Positions 8,315 to 18,788 are shown, counted from the first letter of the stretch. The stretch: DNA of 64,000 nt from Solirubrobacteraceae bacterium (GCA_035553395.1 DASZKP010000068.1:2219-66218), one strand, 5' to 3'. A program made the numbers and translations. The notes: generated from the letters alone by a model not told the origin.

Positions 8315-9577
8315 TCAGACCGCCGCCGCCGCCGCGCCGCGGCGGTAGAGCCCGAGCAGGCCGATCGCGAGGATCGCCGTCGCTCCGGTGTAGCCGACCT
8401 CGACCCGCAACATCTGGTCGCCGATCAACGGCAGGATCATCCAGACGACGAAGACGGCTGCGACTCCCAGCCACGTCGCGGCCGCCGCAGCCGCGCGACC
8501 CCGGGCGAGCGCCGCCTGGTTGAGGGTCCCGCTGGTCAGGTGGAGGCCCATGCCGATCGCGATCAACGCCAGACCGAAGCGGTTGTACTCGTAGCCCTGG
8601 CCGAAGACGTGCCGCATCACAAACGGGCCGATCGCCAGCAGGCCGAGCGAAACCGCCCCGGAAAAACCACTGATCGCCAGCACCGTGGTCCCAATCGCCC
8701 GCCCGAAGGCCGCGGTCCCCTTCGTCGCCTCGAGACCCGCCAGGTGTGGCAGCAGGGATGTCTGGATCGCCTGGAAGAGCTGGAGCGGCGCCCGCGTGAT
8801 CAGAAGCACGTTGAAGACGATGCCAGCCAGCGTGTGGCCCGACGTCGCGGCGACCGTCAGCACAGCTGCGTTCAACAGCGCCTGCTCGGCCAGTTGGATC
8901 CCGGAGACCGACAGGGCGAAGCCCGAACCGCCGCGCATCGTCATCGCGCCGTCGCCGTCGCCGTCGCCGTCGGGGCCCGTCCCGGACGGGCTTGCGGCCG
9001 AGGGGGTCCGCCGCTGGCGGGCGAAGGCCGCCGGGACGACGACCAGCGAGACGAAAGGTGCCGCGGCGATCCCGATCGCGACCGCCGACTGCCCGTGCGC
9101 GACCCCGACGGCGACGGCGAGGACGAACGCCAGGCGCGACGTCGCCTCCATGAAGACGAGCCCTCCGTAGAGGGCGAAGTACTTGTGGCCGGCCAGCCAC
9201 CCCCGCGCGAAGTAGCTCGCCGCGTAGGCCAGCGTCCCGACGACGAGGACCCAGTAGAGCGTCGAGTAGCCGTCGAAGACGTGCTTGACCAGCGTCTCGC
9301 GAAGACCCAACGCCACGGCCAGGAAGACCAGCGCGAAGGTCGCCTGGATCGCGATCGGGATGCGCAGCGACTGTCGGTCGAGACCCCGGGCCACGCGATC
9401 GGCGATCGACCGCGAGAGCAGCTGCTCGATCGGCCGGTAGATCACCGAGATGATCACGAACATCACCGACCACAGGGTGTCCAGGCGGCCGGCTGCGACC
9501 GAGTTGAGGACGTGACTGGCGACGGAGAAGTACGCGAACGTCAGCACCCCGGTCGACGCGATCCCGATCGAAAGCAT
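8315..9577 (-). CDS. polytopic membrane protein, Wzx/MOP-type polysaccharide flippase-like
   Basis: ~12 hydrophobic segments, with an RPIEQLLSRSIADR loop typical of polysaccharide biosynthesis proteins. An alternative GTG start at 9661 overlaps the upstream stop. Confidence 0.7.
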   Translation of the reverse strand: MLSIGIASTGVLTFAYFSVASHVLNSVAAGRLDTLWSVMFVIISVIYRPIEQLLSRSIADRVARGLDRQSLRIPIAIQATFALVFLAVALGLRETLVKHVFDGYSTLYWVLVVGTLAYAASYFARGWLAGHKYFALYGGLVFMEATSRLAFVLAVAVGVAHGQSAVAIGIAAAPFVSLVVVPAAFARQRRTPSAASPSGTGPDGDGDGDGAMTMRGGSGFALSVSGIQLAEQALLNAAVLTVAATSGHTLAGIVFNVLLITRAPLQLFQAIQTSLLPHLAGLEATKGTAAFGRAIGTTVLAISGFSGAVSLGLLAIGPFVMRHVFGQGYEYNRFGLALIAIGMGLHLTSGTLNQAALARGRAAAAAATWLGVAAVFVVWMILPLIGDQMLRVEVGYTGATAILAIGLLGLYRRGAAAAAV

Positions 9578-9657
9578 CCGCGCCCCGCTGCCGTATGACC
9601 GCTCCGCCGGTGCTGGGGCTGCCGGCGGCGCTGCCGGCGCTTGGGCCGGCGGGCTGC

Positions 9658-10281
9658 TCACAGGCGGACGAGCAACATCGTCCACGGGAACGGCGACCGC
9701 GCCTCGACGACCTTGCCGTACTCGCCCAGCAGCCCCATGAAGCTCCGCTTCGACCAGTGGTTGAGGTGGCCCGGCGTGTTCCCGAGATCCTTGACGTACG
9801 CCCCCCGGGCCACGTTCAGCATCCGCCACAGCGGCTCCCGCGGGACCGAGACGAGCAGGTGGCGCTTGGCGCAGCGCGCCATCTCCGCGACCGTGTGCTC
9901 CGGGTCGGGGACGTGCTCGAGCACCTCGATCGCGCTCGCTACGTCGAACTCGCCATCCGCGAACGGGAGGTTCTCCGCCTTCATCACGAGGTACTCGAGG
10001 TTCGCCGCCTGCCGAGTCGCCCATTCCGCGTGGAGCAGCGGGTCGTCGAGATCCAGGCCGACCACCCGCCGGCCCGTCAGCCGCTGCGCCCACTGGTGGG
10101 TCAGGACCCCCTCGCCGCAGCCGACGTCCAGCAGCGACTGGGGATCAGCCGCGTCGAACAGCTCGTCGAGCGTCGCCTCGAAGCGATCCATCAGCCGGCG
10201 GACGACCGGATTGGTCGAGCCGTACTTGTCGTACGTGTTCCCGGTGACGATCCCCTCGGCCGACGTCGTCGTGGTCGTCAT
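9658..10281 (-). CDS. class I SAM-dependent methyltransferase
   Basis: LLDVGCGEGVLT and EVLEHVPDPEH motifs; ATGA overlap with the GT2 gene. Confidence 0.85.
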   Translation of the reverse strand: MTTTTTSAEGIVTGNTYDKYGSTNPVVRRLMDRFEATLDELFDAADPQSLLDVGCGEGVLTHQWAQRLTGRRVVGLDLDDPLLHAEWATRQAANLEYLVMKAENLPFADGEFDVASAIEVLEHVPDPEHTVAEMARCAKRHLLVSVPREPLWRMLNVARGAYVKDLGNTPGHLNHWSKRSFMGLLGEYGKVVEARSPFPWTMLLVRL

Positions 10282-11333
10282 ACCTGGATCTCGATCGTCT
10301 CGTACTTGCCCGTCGCCGGCGCGCTGTCGGCCCCCGTCGTCTTCGCGACGCCGGTCTCACGCGCGCCCGGCTCGTAGTGCGACGGCGCGACGCCGATCTT
10401 CAGCTCGATCCGACGGACCCGCTCGAACGTCCGCTGGATCATCACGCGCTGCGCGCTCAGCAGGTCGCCGATCACGCCGAGCGCCGCGAGCACGACCGCC
10501 GCGTTGAAGAGCACGGCCCCAAGGATCAGCGACTGGACGTGCCCCTTGCCGCTCCCGTCGACGTAGAAGTACGCGAAACGCCCCCAGACGAGGATCGCCG
10601 TCAGGCCGACCAGGGTGGCCGCGCCCCAGAACACACGGAGCGGCTCGTACTGCGAGTAGATCCTGAAGATCGAGACCGCGTTGCGCCGGACGTACGCGCC
10701 CATCGACGGGAACAGGCGGGACTCCCGGGTCTTCGGGTTCGTCCTGATCGCGACGTGGTCGACCGCGACGAGGAGCTTCCCGGCCTGGATGATCGTCTCC
10801 AGGGTGTAGGTGAACTTCGAGACGACCATCATCTGGATCGCCGCCTCCCGGTTGTACGCGCGGAAACCCGACGTCGTATCCGGGACCGTCGTCGACGACG
10901 CCCGCCGGACGACCCACGAGCCCAGCCGCTGGAGCATCTTCTTCGGCCCTGAGAAGTGGTCGATCGAGCTGACGACCCGGTCGCCGACGACCATGTCGGC
11001 CCGGCCGGCGATGATCGGCCCGACCAGCTTGGCGACGTCGCCGCCGTGGTACTGGTTGTCCGCGTCGGTGTTGACGATCACGTCCGCCCCGAGCTTCAGG
11101 CACGCGTCCAGGCCGGCCTGGAAGGCCATCGCCAGGCCCTTGTTGTTCGTCAACTTGACGATGTGGTCGACCCCATGCTCCCGAGCGACCTTGATCGTCT
11201 CGTCGGTCGACCCGTCGTCGATCACGAGCCATTCGACCTGGTCGAAGCCGGCGAGCTCGCGCGGCAGGTCGGCGAGCGTCGCCGGCAGCTGCTCCGCCTC
11301 GTCCTTGCAGGGAATTTGGATGATCAGCTTCAT
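10278..11333 (-). CDS. family 2 glycosyltransferase, polyprenol-phosphate sugar synthase (GtrB/Dpm1-like) with C-terminal TM helices
   Basis: MKLIIQIPCKDE...VIDDGSTDET...TDADNQY, plus two C-terminal hydrophobic helices. Confidence 0.9.
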   Translation of the reverse strand: MKLIIQIPCKDEAEQLPATLADLPRELAGFDQVEWLVIDDGSTDETIKVAREHGVDHIVKLTNNKGLAMAFQAGLDACLKLGADVIVNTDADNQYHGGDVAKLVGPIIAGRADMVVGDRVVSSIDHFSGPKKMLQRLGSWVVRRASSTTVPDTTSGFRAYNREAAIQMMVVSKFTYTLETIIQAGKLLVAVDHVAIRTNPKTRESRLFPSMGAYVRRNAVSIFRIYSQYEPLRVFWGAATLVGLTAILVWGRFAYFYVDGSGKGHVQSLILGAVLFNAAVVLAALGVIGDLLSAQRVMIQRTFERVRRIELKIGVAPSHYEPGARETGVAKTTGADSAPATGKYETIEIQV

Positions 11334-11534
11334 CTCGTATCAGCCGGCCTCGCCGTGCACGACCCGCGTGCTGCGGGCCGCGGGGCCCGGTGCTGCGCTG
11401 GGTGTCGGGGCGCTGGCCAGAGCGGCGGTTGCCGGGCAGGCCTTGCCGTAAACTGGCCGCCAGTATCCCAGAGACAGCGGCGGCGCGCCACGTACGCGCG
11501 GACCGCCGGCTTGGCTCTGGTGAGAACCATCTCG

Positions 11535-13076
11535 ATGGAACTCGCGACGACGCTCACCCGGCCCCGGTCCGGGCTCGCCCGCCTTGCGCATCCGCGCGCC
11601 TGGGTCCGCGACTCGCGGCTTGGACGACTTCCCGAGGCGATCTGGGCCCGCGGGGCCTTCGCCGTGGTCTGCGTCGGCGCGGCGATCGGTTCGCTGGTCT
11701 ACCCGACCTACCCGATCTACGACTCCGACTACGCCCTGCTCTGGGGCCGCGAGGCCCTCCACCTCCAGGCGCTCAGCTTCCAGGTCTACCGCGCGCCGAC
11801 CGAGCATCCCCTGTCGATCGCCTTCGGCGCCCTCCTCTCGCCCCTCGGCCAGCATGCCGAGCGGGTCTGGATCCTCGCGACGATCGCGTCGTTCCTCGCG
11901 ATCGTCGCCGGTATCTACCGGCTCGGCCGCGTCGTCTTCACGCCGCTCGTCGGCGCCGTCGCCGCCGCCCTCCTGCTCAGCCGCTTCAACCTGAGCTTCC
12001 TCGCCGTCCGCGGGTACATCGACATCCCGTACATGGCCGTCGTCGTCTGGGCGGCCGCGCTCGAGGCCCAGCGGCGCCGGCGGGGAACCCCGGTGTTCGT
12101 GCTGCTGCTCGCGGCCGAGCTGATGCGGCCGGACGCCTGGCTGATCGCCGGCGTCTACTTCCTCTGGTGTGCCTGGCCCGCCTCCTGGCGCCGCCGCGCC
12201 CTCTACGCCGCCCTGACCGCCCTCGGCCCGGTGATCTGGGCCGGTCTCGACTACCTGGAGACCGGCGACCCGCTCTTCTCGCTGCACTCGACCAGCGGCC
12301 TCGCCGCCGCGCTCGGCCGCAACTCCGGGCTCGGCTCGGTCCCCAGCTCGCTGTGGACCTTCCTCGTCCGCCTCGACAAGGGCCCGCTCCTCGTCGGCGC
12401 GATCGCCGGCCTCGCCCTTGCCGCGTGGCTGGTCCCGACGCGCGTCGTGATCCCGCTCGCCCTCCTGCTGATCGGCATGGTCACGTTCGCCGTGATCGGC
12501 GCGGCCGGCCTCTCGGTGATCGACCGCTATCTCCTCCTGCCCGGGCTGATGGTCCTGATCTTCTGCGCCGTGGCCCTCGCCGGATGGACGATGCTCGAGC
12601 CGGGCGGCCTCCTGCGGCGGGCGTGGGTCCTCGGCGCGCTCGCCCTGACCGTCTACGGCGTCGCGGCCGCCGCGACGACGCTCAGCGTCCAGTCGATCCA
12701 GACCGAGCTCGGCTTCCGCGGCGACTCCCACGTCGAGCTCGCCGCGATCCTCCGTAACCCGAAGGTCCGGGCCGGGCTCCGGTGCGGGCCGCTCTCGCTG
12801 CCCAACCGCAAGCTCATTCCCGATGCCCGCTGGATCCTCGGGCGTGGACCGTCGGGCGTTGTCGACCGCAGCCAGGCGATCGTCCTCCAGGCGGCCGGCA
12901 AGCCCGCCCTGATGCAGAGCATCCAGCGCGGCGTGGCCCTCTACCCGACCGGCCTGGCCGTCGCCCGGGAGGCGCTCGTCGACAACACCGACAACCCGGC
13001 CGAGCAGGTCCCGATGGCGAACTTCCTACGCGTCGCCACCACGCAGTACTACGGTGCATACGTGAACTGTCGATGA
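11535..13076 (+). CDS. polytopic membrane protein, probable GT-C fold glycosyltransferase
   Basis: Many TM segments followed by a C-terminal soluble domain; sits next to the GT2 and a clearer GT-C gene. ATG 11535 chosen as the start. Confidence 0.55.
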   Translation: MELATTLTRPRSGLARLAHPRAWVRDSRLGRLPEAIWARGAFAVVCVGAAIGSLVYPTYPIYDSDYALLWGREALHLQALSFQVYRAPTEHPLSIAFGALLSPLGQHAERVWILATIASFLAIVAGIYRLGRVVFTPLVGAVAAALLLSRFNLSFLAVRGYIDIPYMAVVVWAAALEAQRRRRGTPVFVLLLAAELMRPDAWLIAGVYFLWCAWPASWRRRALYAALTALGPVIWAGLDYLETGDPLFSLHSTSGLAAALGRNSGLGSVPSSLWTFLVRLDKGPLLVGAIAGLALAAWLVPTRVVIPLALLLIGMVTFAVIGAAGLSVIDRYLLLPGLMVLIFCAVALAGWTMLEPGGLLRRAWVLGALALTVYGVAAAATTLSVQSIQTELGFRGDSHVELAAILRNPKVRAGLRCGPLSLPNRKLIPDARWILGRGPSGVVDRSQAIVLQAAGKPALMQSIQRGVALYPTGLAVAREALVDNTDNPAEQVPMANFLRVATTQYYGAYVNCR

Positions 13077-13125
13077 CGCCTGCCGCCGACCGCCCCGACC
13101 CAGCTGCCGATCGAGCCCGACGCCC

Positions 13126-15288
13126 GTGAGGTCGATCCGCAGCCTGCTCTTCGACCCGCCCGAGCAGGCCCACGTCCCGGCTCGACGGGCCTATGTCCCG
13201 CCCCAGCCCGACTACGCCCCGCCGACGACCGACTACGCCCCGGTTCCGCCGGGCCTCGCCCCACCCACGACGGAATACGCCCCCACCCGGCCCGCGCCCG
13301 CGCCGCCCCAGCCGGAGCTGCCCCAGCCGCAGTACCTCCGGCCGCCGCCGACGCAGGTCCCGCCGCAGCCGACGTACGTCCCGCCGCAGCCGGCGTACGT
13401 CCCGCCGCCGCAGGAGCAGCCGGCGTACGTGCCGCCGCAGCCCGAGCACGTCGCACCCCAGCCGGCGGTCGAGCCGGCCGGGCGCGACGCGGGCCCGCGC
13501 CGGCCGCGAGCGCAGCCGAGCCGTCCGGACGAGACGACCCACCGGGGTCGTTGGGCGCTCGCCGTGCTCGGCGTCGTCGCGCTCGCCCTCGGCCTGCGTA
13601 TCTGGGGAATCAAGCAGGGCCTCCCGTACGCCTACAACTCCGACGAGAACGCCCACTTCGTGCCCCGGGCGATCGGGCTCTTCGGCCACAACCTGAACCC
13701 CCAGTACTTCAACAACCCGCCGGCCTACACGTACCTCCTCTACATCGTCTACGGGATCTGGTACGGCGGCGGCAAGGCCCTCTCGCACACCTTCGCGAGC
13801 AACCCGACCCAGGTCTGGGTGCTCGCGCGGGCAACGGCCGCGGTGCTCGGCACGATCTCGGTCTGGCTGCTCTACCTCTGCGGCGTGCGGCTCTTCAACC
13901 GGCGGACCGGCCTGCTCGCGGCCGGCCTGATGTCGGTCGCCTTCCTCCCGGTCTTCTACGCCCACCTCGCGCTCAACGACGTCCCCACGCTCGCGCCGCT
14001 GACGCTGTCGCTGTGGGCGACGGCCGGCATCCTGCGCTACGGGCGGATGCGCGACTACGTGATCGCCGGGATCGGCCTCGGTCTGGCCAGCGCGACGAAG
14101 TACACCGGCGGGATCATCATCCTCCCGCTGATCGCCGCGGCGATCTACCACTACCGAAGCTCCGGCGGTGGCCGCAGCGCCCTGACCGGCCTGGCGACCG
14201 CCGGCGTGCTCGCCCTGATCGCGTTCGTCTTCGCCGACCCGTACGCCCTGCTCGACTTCTCGGCGTTCCACAGCGGGATCGCCCACCAGTCCTCAGCCAG
14301 CGACGACGCGACCGGCAAGCTCGGCCTCACGCACGGGAGCGGGATCACGTACTACCTCTGGACGCTGACCTGGGGGCTCGGCTGGGTCCCGGCGCTTGCG
14401 GCGCTCGGCGGGGCGATCGCGCTGTGGTGGGACGAGCGGCGCCTGATTGGCGTGCTCGTGCCGGCGATCCTCGTCTTCCTCGTCTTCATGGGTCTCCAGG
14501 ACCGCTACTTCGGCCGCTGGCTGATGCCGGTCCTTCCGATCTTCTGCCTGCTCTCGGCCTACGCCGTGCTCCGCCTGGCCGACTGGATCGGCAGCCTGAC
14601 GCCTGAGCTGCGCCCGACGATGATCGCGATCGCCGTCGTCGCCCTCTGCGGGCAGGGGGTCGTCCACAGCGTCCACTCCGGCCTCGTCGACTCCCGCGCG
14701 GACACGCGCAACCAGGCGCGGGCCTACATGGTCGCCCACGTCCCGGTCGGCTCGCACATCGTCGTCGAGCCGGTCGTCCCCGACCAGTGGGCCTCGGATA
14801 TCGGGCACGTCTACGCGACCGTCAAGAACGGCGCCCACTGGATCAAGTACCCGGCGACCCACACGCAGATGCTGCCGAACGGGACGCTGTCGATGGGGGC
14901 CGGACCCGTCGTCAACATCGAGGACTACGAGAAGACCCTCCAGCCGGCCCTGATCCCCCTGTATGAGTCCCACGGCTACTGCTACGTCGTGACCGGCGAG
15001 ACGCAGTTCGGGCGGGCCGAGGTCGACCCGGGGCAGGTGCCCGGGGCGATCGCGTACTACAAGGCGCTCGCCGAGCAGGGCACCCTCGTCTACTCGTCGA
15101 CCCCCTACGGACCGAAGGGCAAGCCGGTCCGCTTCAACTTCGACTGGACCTTCGACTACTACCCGCTGGCCTACAGCAATCCCGGCCCGGTGATGAACAT
15201 CTACCACCTGACCGGCGGGAAGTGTGCGCCGACGGGAGCGCCGGCGAATCCGCCGACCGGGCTTCCCCTACCCTCCATTGGAGGATGA
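13126..15288 (+). CDS. GT-C (PMT/ArnT, GT39-like) polyprenol-phosphate-dependent glycosyltransferase with a proline-rich N-terminal tail
   Basis: LRIWGIKQGLPYAYNSDENAHFVPRA first-loop acidic motif, >10 TM segments and a large C-terminal domain. Confidence 0.75.
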   Translation: MRSIRSLLFDPPEQAHVPARRAYVPPQPDYAPPTTDYAPVPPGLAPPTTEYAPTRPAPAPPQPELPQPQYLRPPPTQVPPQPTYVPPQPAYVPPPQEQPAYVPPQPEHVAPQPAVEPAGRDAGPRRPRAQPSRPDETTHRGRWALAVLGVVALALGLRIWGIKQGLPYAYNSDENAHFVPRAIGLFGHNLNPQYFNNPPAYTYLLYIVYGIWYGGGKALSHTFASNPTQVWVLARATAAVLGTISVWLLYLCGVRLFNRRTGLLAAGLMSVAFLPVFYAHLALNDVPTLAPLTLSLWATAGILRYGRMRDYVIAGIGLGLASATKYTGGIIILPLIAAAIYHYRSSGGGRSALTGLATAGVLALIAFVFADPYALLDFSAFHSGIAHQSSASDDATGKLGLTHGSGITYYLWTLTWGLGWVPALAALGGAIALWWDERRLIGVLVPAILVFLVFMGLQDRYFGRWLMPVLPIFCLLSAYAVLRLADWIGSLTPELRPTMIAIAVVALCGQGVVHSVHSGLVDSRADTRNQARAYMVAHVPVGSHIVVEPVVPDQWASDIGHVYATVKNGAHWIKYPATHTQMLPNGTLSMGAGPVVNIEDYEKTLQPALIPLYESHGYCYVVTGETQFGRAEVDPGQVPGAIAYYKALAEQGTLVYSSTPYGPKGKPVRFNFDWTFDYYPLAYSNPGPVMNIYHLTGGKCAPTGAPANPPTGLPLPSIGG

Positions 15289-16406
15289 CGATCTCCACCG
15301 AGACTGACCGTGTCCACCTCGAGCGGGCGATCGACCTCGCCGAACGGGGGGCCGGCCGGGTCGGCCCGAACCCGATCGTCGGCGCCGTGATCGCCCGGGG
15401 AGACGAGCTGCTCGGCGAGGGCTGGCACGAGGCCTACGGCGGCGCGCACGCCGAGGTCAACGCGATCCGCGCGTGCGGGGACGCCGACCTCGACGGAGCC
15501 ACCCTCTACGTGTCGCTCGAGCCGTGCTGCCACACCGGGAAGACCGGGCCGTGCACCGAGGCGATCGTCGCCGCCGGGATCCGCCGGGTGGTCCACGCGA
15601 GCGACGACCCGACCGAGAAGGCCTCGGGTCGGGGGCTTGGGATCCTCCGCGACGACGGCGTCGAGGTGCTCGTCGCCGACGCCGATCTCGCCCGCCGGGC
15701 CCGTCTGGCCAACCAGCCGTTTCGCAAGCACGCGCGGACTGGCCGGCCGTGGATCCTCTTCAAGTCGGCGATGACGCTCGATGGGAAGGTCGCGACCGGC
15801 GCCGGCGACTCGAAGTGGATCTCCGGCGAGGAGAGCCGGACCCGCGCCCACCACTGGCGGGCGTCGGTCGACGGGGTCGCCGTCGGCATCGGGACGGCGC
15901 TGACCGACGATCCCCGGCTGACCGCCCGCGTCGAAGGGGTCCATCGCCAGCCCCAGCGGGTCGTCTTCGACTCGCTCGCCCGGCTGCCGCTCGGCTCGCA
16001 CCTAGTCTCGGCGGCGAGCGACGCCCCCCTGATCGTTGTCGTCTCGCGGGCCGCCCCGCGCTCGGAGACGGACGCCCTCGAGGCGGCCGGTGTCGATGTC
16101 GTCGTCGCGACCGGCCAGAACGAGCCGGCCCGCGTCCGCTCGGCCCTCGACCAGCTCGGCGGCCGGGAGATCTCGTCGATCATGCTCGAGGGCGGTCCCC
16201 ACCTCGCGGGGGCCTTCTTCGACGCCGGCGAGATCGACGAGGTCCGCCTCTTCCTCGCGCCGATCCTGCTCGGCGGACGGACCGGACGAGACCCACTCGA
16301 GGGGGTCGGCGTCGAGCGGATCGCCGAGGCCACCCGGGCTCTGACGCTCGGCTGCGAGCAGGTCGGCCACGACCTGCTGATCTCCGCCCGGCTGCGGGAG
16401 TGGTGA
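15285..16406 (+). CDS. ribD: bifunctional riboflavin biosynthesis deaminase/reductase RibD
   Basis: HAEVNA...LYVSLEPCCHTGKTGPC deaminase motif plus a reductase domain. ATGA overlap with the GT-C stop. Confidence 0.9.
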   Translation: MTISTETDRVHLERAIDLAERGAGRVGPNPIVGAVIARGDELLGEGWHEAYGGAHAEVNAIRACGDADLDGATLYVSLEPCCHTGKTGPCTEAIVAAGIRRVVHASDDPTEKASGRGLGILRDDGVEVLVADADLARRARLANQPFRKHARTGRPWILFKSAMTLDGKVATGAGDSKWISGEESRTRAHHWRASVDGVAVGIGTALTDDPRLTARVEGVHRQPQRVVFDSLARLPLGSHLVSAASDAPLIVVVSRAAPRSETDALEAAGVDVVVATGQNEPARVRSALDQLGGREISSIMLEGGPHLAGAFFDAGEIDEVRLFLAPILLGGRTGRDPLEGVGVERIAEATRALTLGCEQVGHDLLISARLREW

Positions 16407-16981
16407 TGTTCACCGGGCTGATCGCCGACCTCGGCCGGGTGATCTCCTGCGAGCGCGACGCCGTCGGTGCCCGCCTGCGGATCGCGACCGACCTCGCCGG
16501 CGAGCTGACGGCAGGCGACTCGATCGCCGTCAACGGCGTCTGCCTGACCGCGGTCGAGCTCGAGCCGGGGTCATTCGCGGCCGACGTGATCACCGAGACG
16601 CTCGCCCGGTCCTCGCTCGGCCGGCTCGACGCCGGGGCGCCTGTCAACCTCGAGTTGCCGCTCCGCGCGTCGGACCGCCTCGGCGGCCACGTCGTGCTCG
16701 GCCACGTCGACGGCCAGGGCGAGGTGCTCAGCGTCGGGCCGACCGGACTCGTCGTGATCGAGTTGGCTGCCAGCCTGCTGCGCTACGTCGTCGAGAAGGG
16801 GTCGGTCGCGCTCGACGGCGTCAGCCTGACGGTCGCCGCCGTCGACGATCATTCGCTGACCGTGGCCCTGATCCCCGAGACCCTGAAACGCACGACGTTC
16901 GGTTCGCTGCACGTCGGCTCGCCCGTCAACGTCGAAGTCGACGTGCTCGCCAAGCACGTCGAGAAGCTGGTCGCCGCATGA
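16406..16981 (+). CDS. ribE: riboflavin synthase
   Basis: [12 protein letters not shown]...[12 protein letters not shown]...GVSLTV; 1-nt overlap with the ribD stop. Confidence 0.9.
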   Translation: MFTGLIADLGRVISCERDAVGARLRIATDLAGELTAGDSIAVNGVCLTAVELEPGSFAADVITETLARSSLGRLDAGAPVNLELPLRASDRLGGHVVLGHVDGQGEVLSVGPTGLVVIELAASLLRYVVEKGSVALDGVSLTVAAVDDHSLTVALIPETLKRTTFGSLHVGSPVNVEVDVLAKHVEKLVAA

Positions 16982-18315
16982 CGCCCGACGAGGCGGCCGG
17001 TCGACCGGTGACGGTCAAGGCGCCCAGCCCGTTCGCGACGATCGACGAGGCGATCGACGAGATACGCGAGGGCCGGATGGTCGTCGTCTGCGACGACGAG
17101 GACCGCGAGAACGAGGGCGACCTCGTGATGGCGGCGCAGTTCGCGACGCCCGAGGCGATCAACTTCATGGCCAAGGAGGCCCGCGGGTGGATCTGCCTCG
17201 CGCTGACTCCCGACCGGTGCGACGAGCTCGGCCTCGACCTGATGACCGCGAAGAACGACTCGCCGCTCCAGACGCCGTTCACGATCACGATCGAGGCCCG
17301 CGAGGGCGTCACGACGGGGATCTCGGCCCACGACCGGGCCCACACGATCCAGGTCGCGATCGACCCGGAGTCGACGCCGGCCGACCTGACCCAGCCGGGC
17401 CACGTCAACCCGCTGAAGGCCAAGCCGGGAGGCGTGCTGGAGCGGACCGGGCACACCGAGGCGAGCATCGATCTCGCCCGCCTCGCCGGGCTGACGCCGG
17501 CCGGGGTGATCTGCGAGGTGATGAACGACGACGGCTCGATGGCCCGCGTGCCCGACCTGATCCCGTACACCGAGCGCCATGGTCTGAAGATGATCACGAT
17601 CAAGGACCTGATCGCCCACCGCCGCCGGCACGACAAGCTGATCGAGCGGGTCGTGTCGACCGGCCTGCCGACCGCCTTCGGCGAGTTCGAGGCCGTCGGG
17701 TACCGGTCGCTGGTCGACGAGAAGCACCACGTCGCGCTGGTCAAGGGCGACGTCGCCGGCCGGCCGGACGTGCTCGTCCGCGTCCACTCCGAGTGCCTTA
17801 CCGGAGACGTCTTCCACTCGCTGCGCTGCGACTGCGGCGAGCAGCTGTCGTCGGCCCTGGCGATGATCGAGCACGAGGGCGAGGGGGTCCTCCTCTATCT
17901 GGCCCAGGAGGGACGCGGTATCGGCCTGCTCAACAAGCTGAAGGCCTACAAGCTCCAGGAGAGCGGCCTCGACACGATCGAGGCGAACGAGCGGCTCGGC
18001 TTCCCGGCCGATCTGCGCGATTACGGGATCGGAGCCCAGATCCTCGCCGACCTCGGTCTCAGCTCGATCCGGATCCTGACCAACAACCCGAAGAAGATCC
18101 GCGGGCTCGAGGGCTACGGCCTGTCGGTCACCGAGCAGATCCCGATCGAGCACGCGTCGAACCCGCACAACGAGGTCTACCTGAGCACGAAGCGCGACCT
18201 GATGGGCCACACGCTCCACCACCAGGGCGCCAACTACGACGAGGAGCTGCTGCACGCCGAGCGCGAGCACGATCGCCGGGTGGAGCACGATCGCCGTCAG
18301 GAGCAGGACGGTTGA
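16978..18315 (+). CDS. ribBA: bifunctional 3,4-dihydroxy-2-butanone-4-phosphate synthase / GTP cyclohydrolase II
   Basis: [15 protein letters not shown]...[21 protein letters not shown]. The C-terminus carries a charged tail. Confidence 0.92.
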   Translation: MTPDEAAGRPVTVKAPSPFATIDEAIDEIREGRMVVVCDDEDRENEGDLVMAAQFATPEAINFMAKEARGWICLALTPDRCDELGLDLMTAKNDSPLQTPFTITIEAREGVTTGISAHDRAHTIQVAIDPESTPADLTQPGHVNPLKAKPGGVLERTGHTEASIDLARLAGLTPAGVICEVMNDDGSMARVPDLIPYTERHGLKMITIKDLIAHRRRHDKLIERVVSTGLPTAFGEFEAVGYRSLVDEKHHVALVKGDVAGRPDVLVRVHSECLTGDVFHSLRCDCGEQLSSALAMIEHEGEGVLLYLAQEGRGIGLLNKLKAYKLQESGLDTIEANERLGFPADLRDYGIGAQILADLGLSSIRILTNNPKKIRGLEGYGLSVTEQIPIEHASNPHNEVYLSTKRDLMGHTLHHQGANYDEELLHAEREHDRRVEHDRRQEQDG

Positions 18316-18752
18316 CGGACGCGCGATTCGCGATCGTCGTCGGCCGGTTCTACGCCGAGCTGGCCGAGCGGCTCGTCTCAAGCGCGCAGGCCAGCCTGCG
18401 GGAGGCCGGCTGCGACGTGGCCGACGTCTTCGACGTGCCCGGGGCATTCGACCTTCCCCTGGCCGCCCAGTACGCCGCCCGGTCGGGTCGCTACGCCGGC
18501 GTCGTGTGCCTCGGCGCCGTGATCCGGGGGGAGACCTCCCACTACGACCACGTCTGCACCGAGGCCGCCCGCGGGATCCAGGACGTCGCCCTGCGGACCG
18601 GTGTGCCGTGCTCGTTCGGCGTGCTGACGGTCGAGAACATGGACCAGGCGGTCGCCCGGGCGGGCGGCGGCAAGCGCGACCAGGGAGCCCACGCCGTCGA
18701 GGCGGTGCTCGCCCTCGCAAAGATCCGCGAGCGGTTCCGGTCGGGCTGCTGA
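18312..18752 (+). CDS. ribH: 6,7-dimethyl-8-ribityllumazine synthase
   Basis: FAIVVGRFY...[11 protein letters not shown]...[14 protein letters not shown]. The TTG start overlaps the ribBA TGA. Confidence 0.9.
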   Translation: MTDARFAIVVGRFYAELAERLVSSAQASLREAGCDVADVFDVPGAFDLPLAAQYAARSGRYAGVVCLGAVIRGETSHYDHVCTEAARGIQDVALRTGVPCSFGVLTVENMDQAVARAGGGKRDQGAHAVEAVLALAKIRERFRSGC

Positions 18753-18782
18753 GTCGTCCGGCGGTCGGATCGGGCGATCTAC

Positions 18783-18788
18783 TAGACT
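18783..18788 (+). promoter_or_regulatory. -10-like box TAGACT, 10 nt upstream of the rpmB ATG
   Basis: TAGACT 18783-18788, ATG 18799, no SD. Confidence 0.35.

Noticed and set aside
13076-15300. FMN (RFN) riboswitch upstream of the rib operon, and a TPP riboswitch upstream of thiD (55347-55385).
   Set aside because: ribD overlaps the preceding CDS and the thiD upstream gap is only ~35 nt, so there is no space for either aptamer. I saw no RFN-like or THI-box-like conserved cores.
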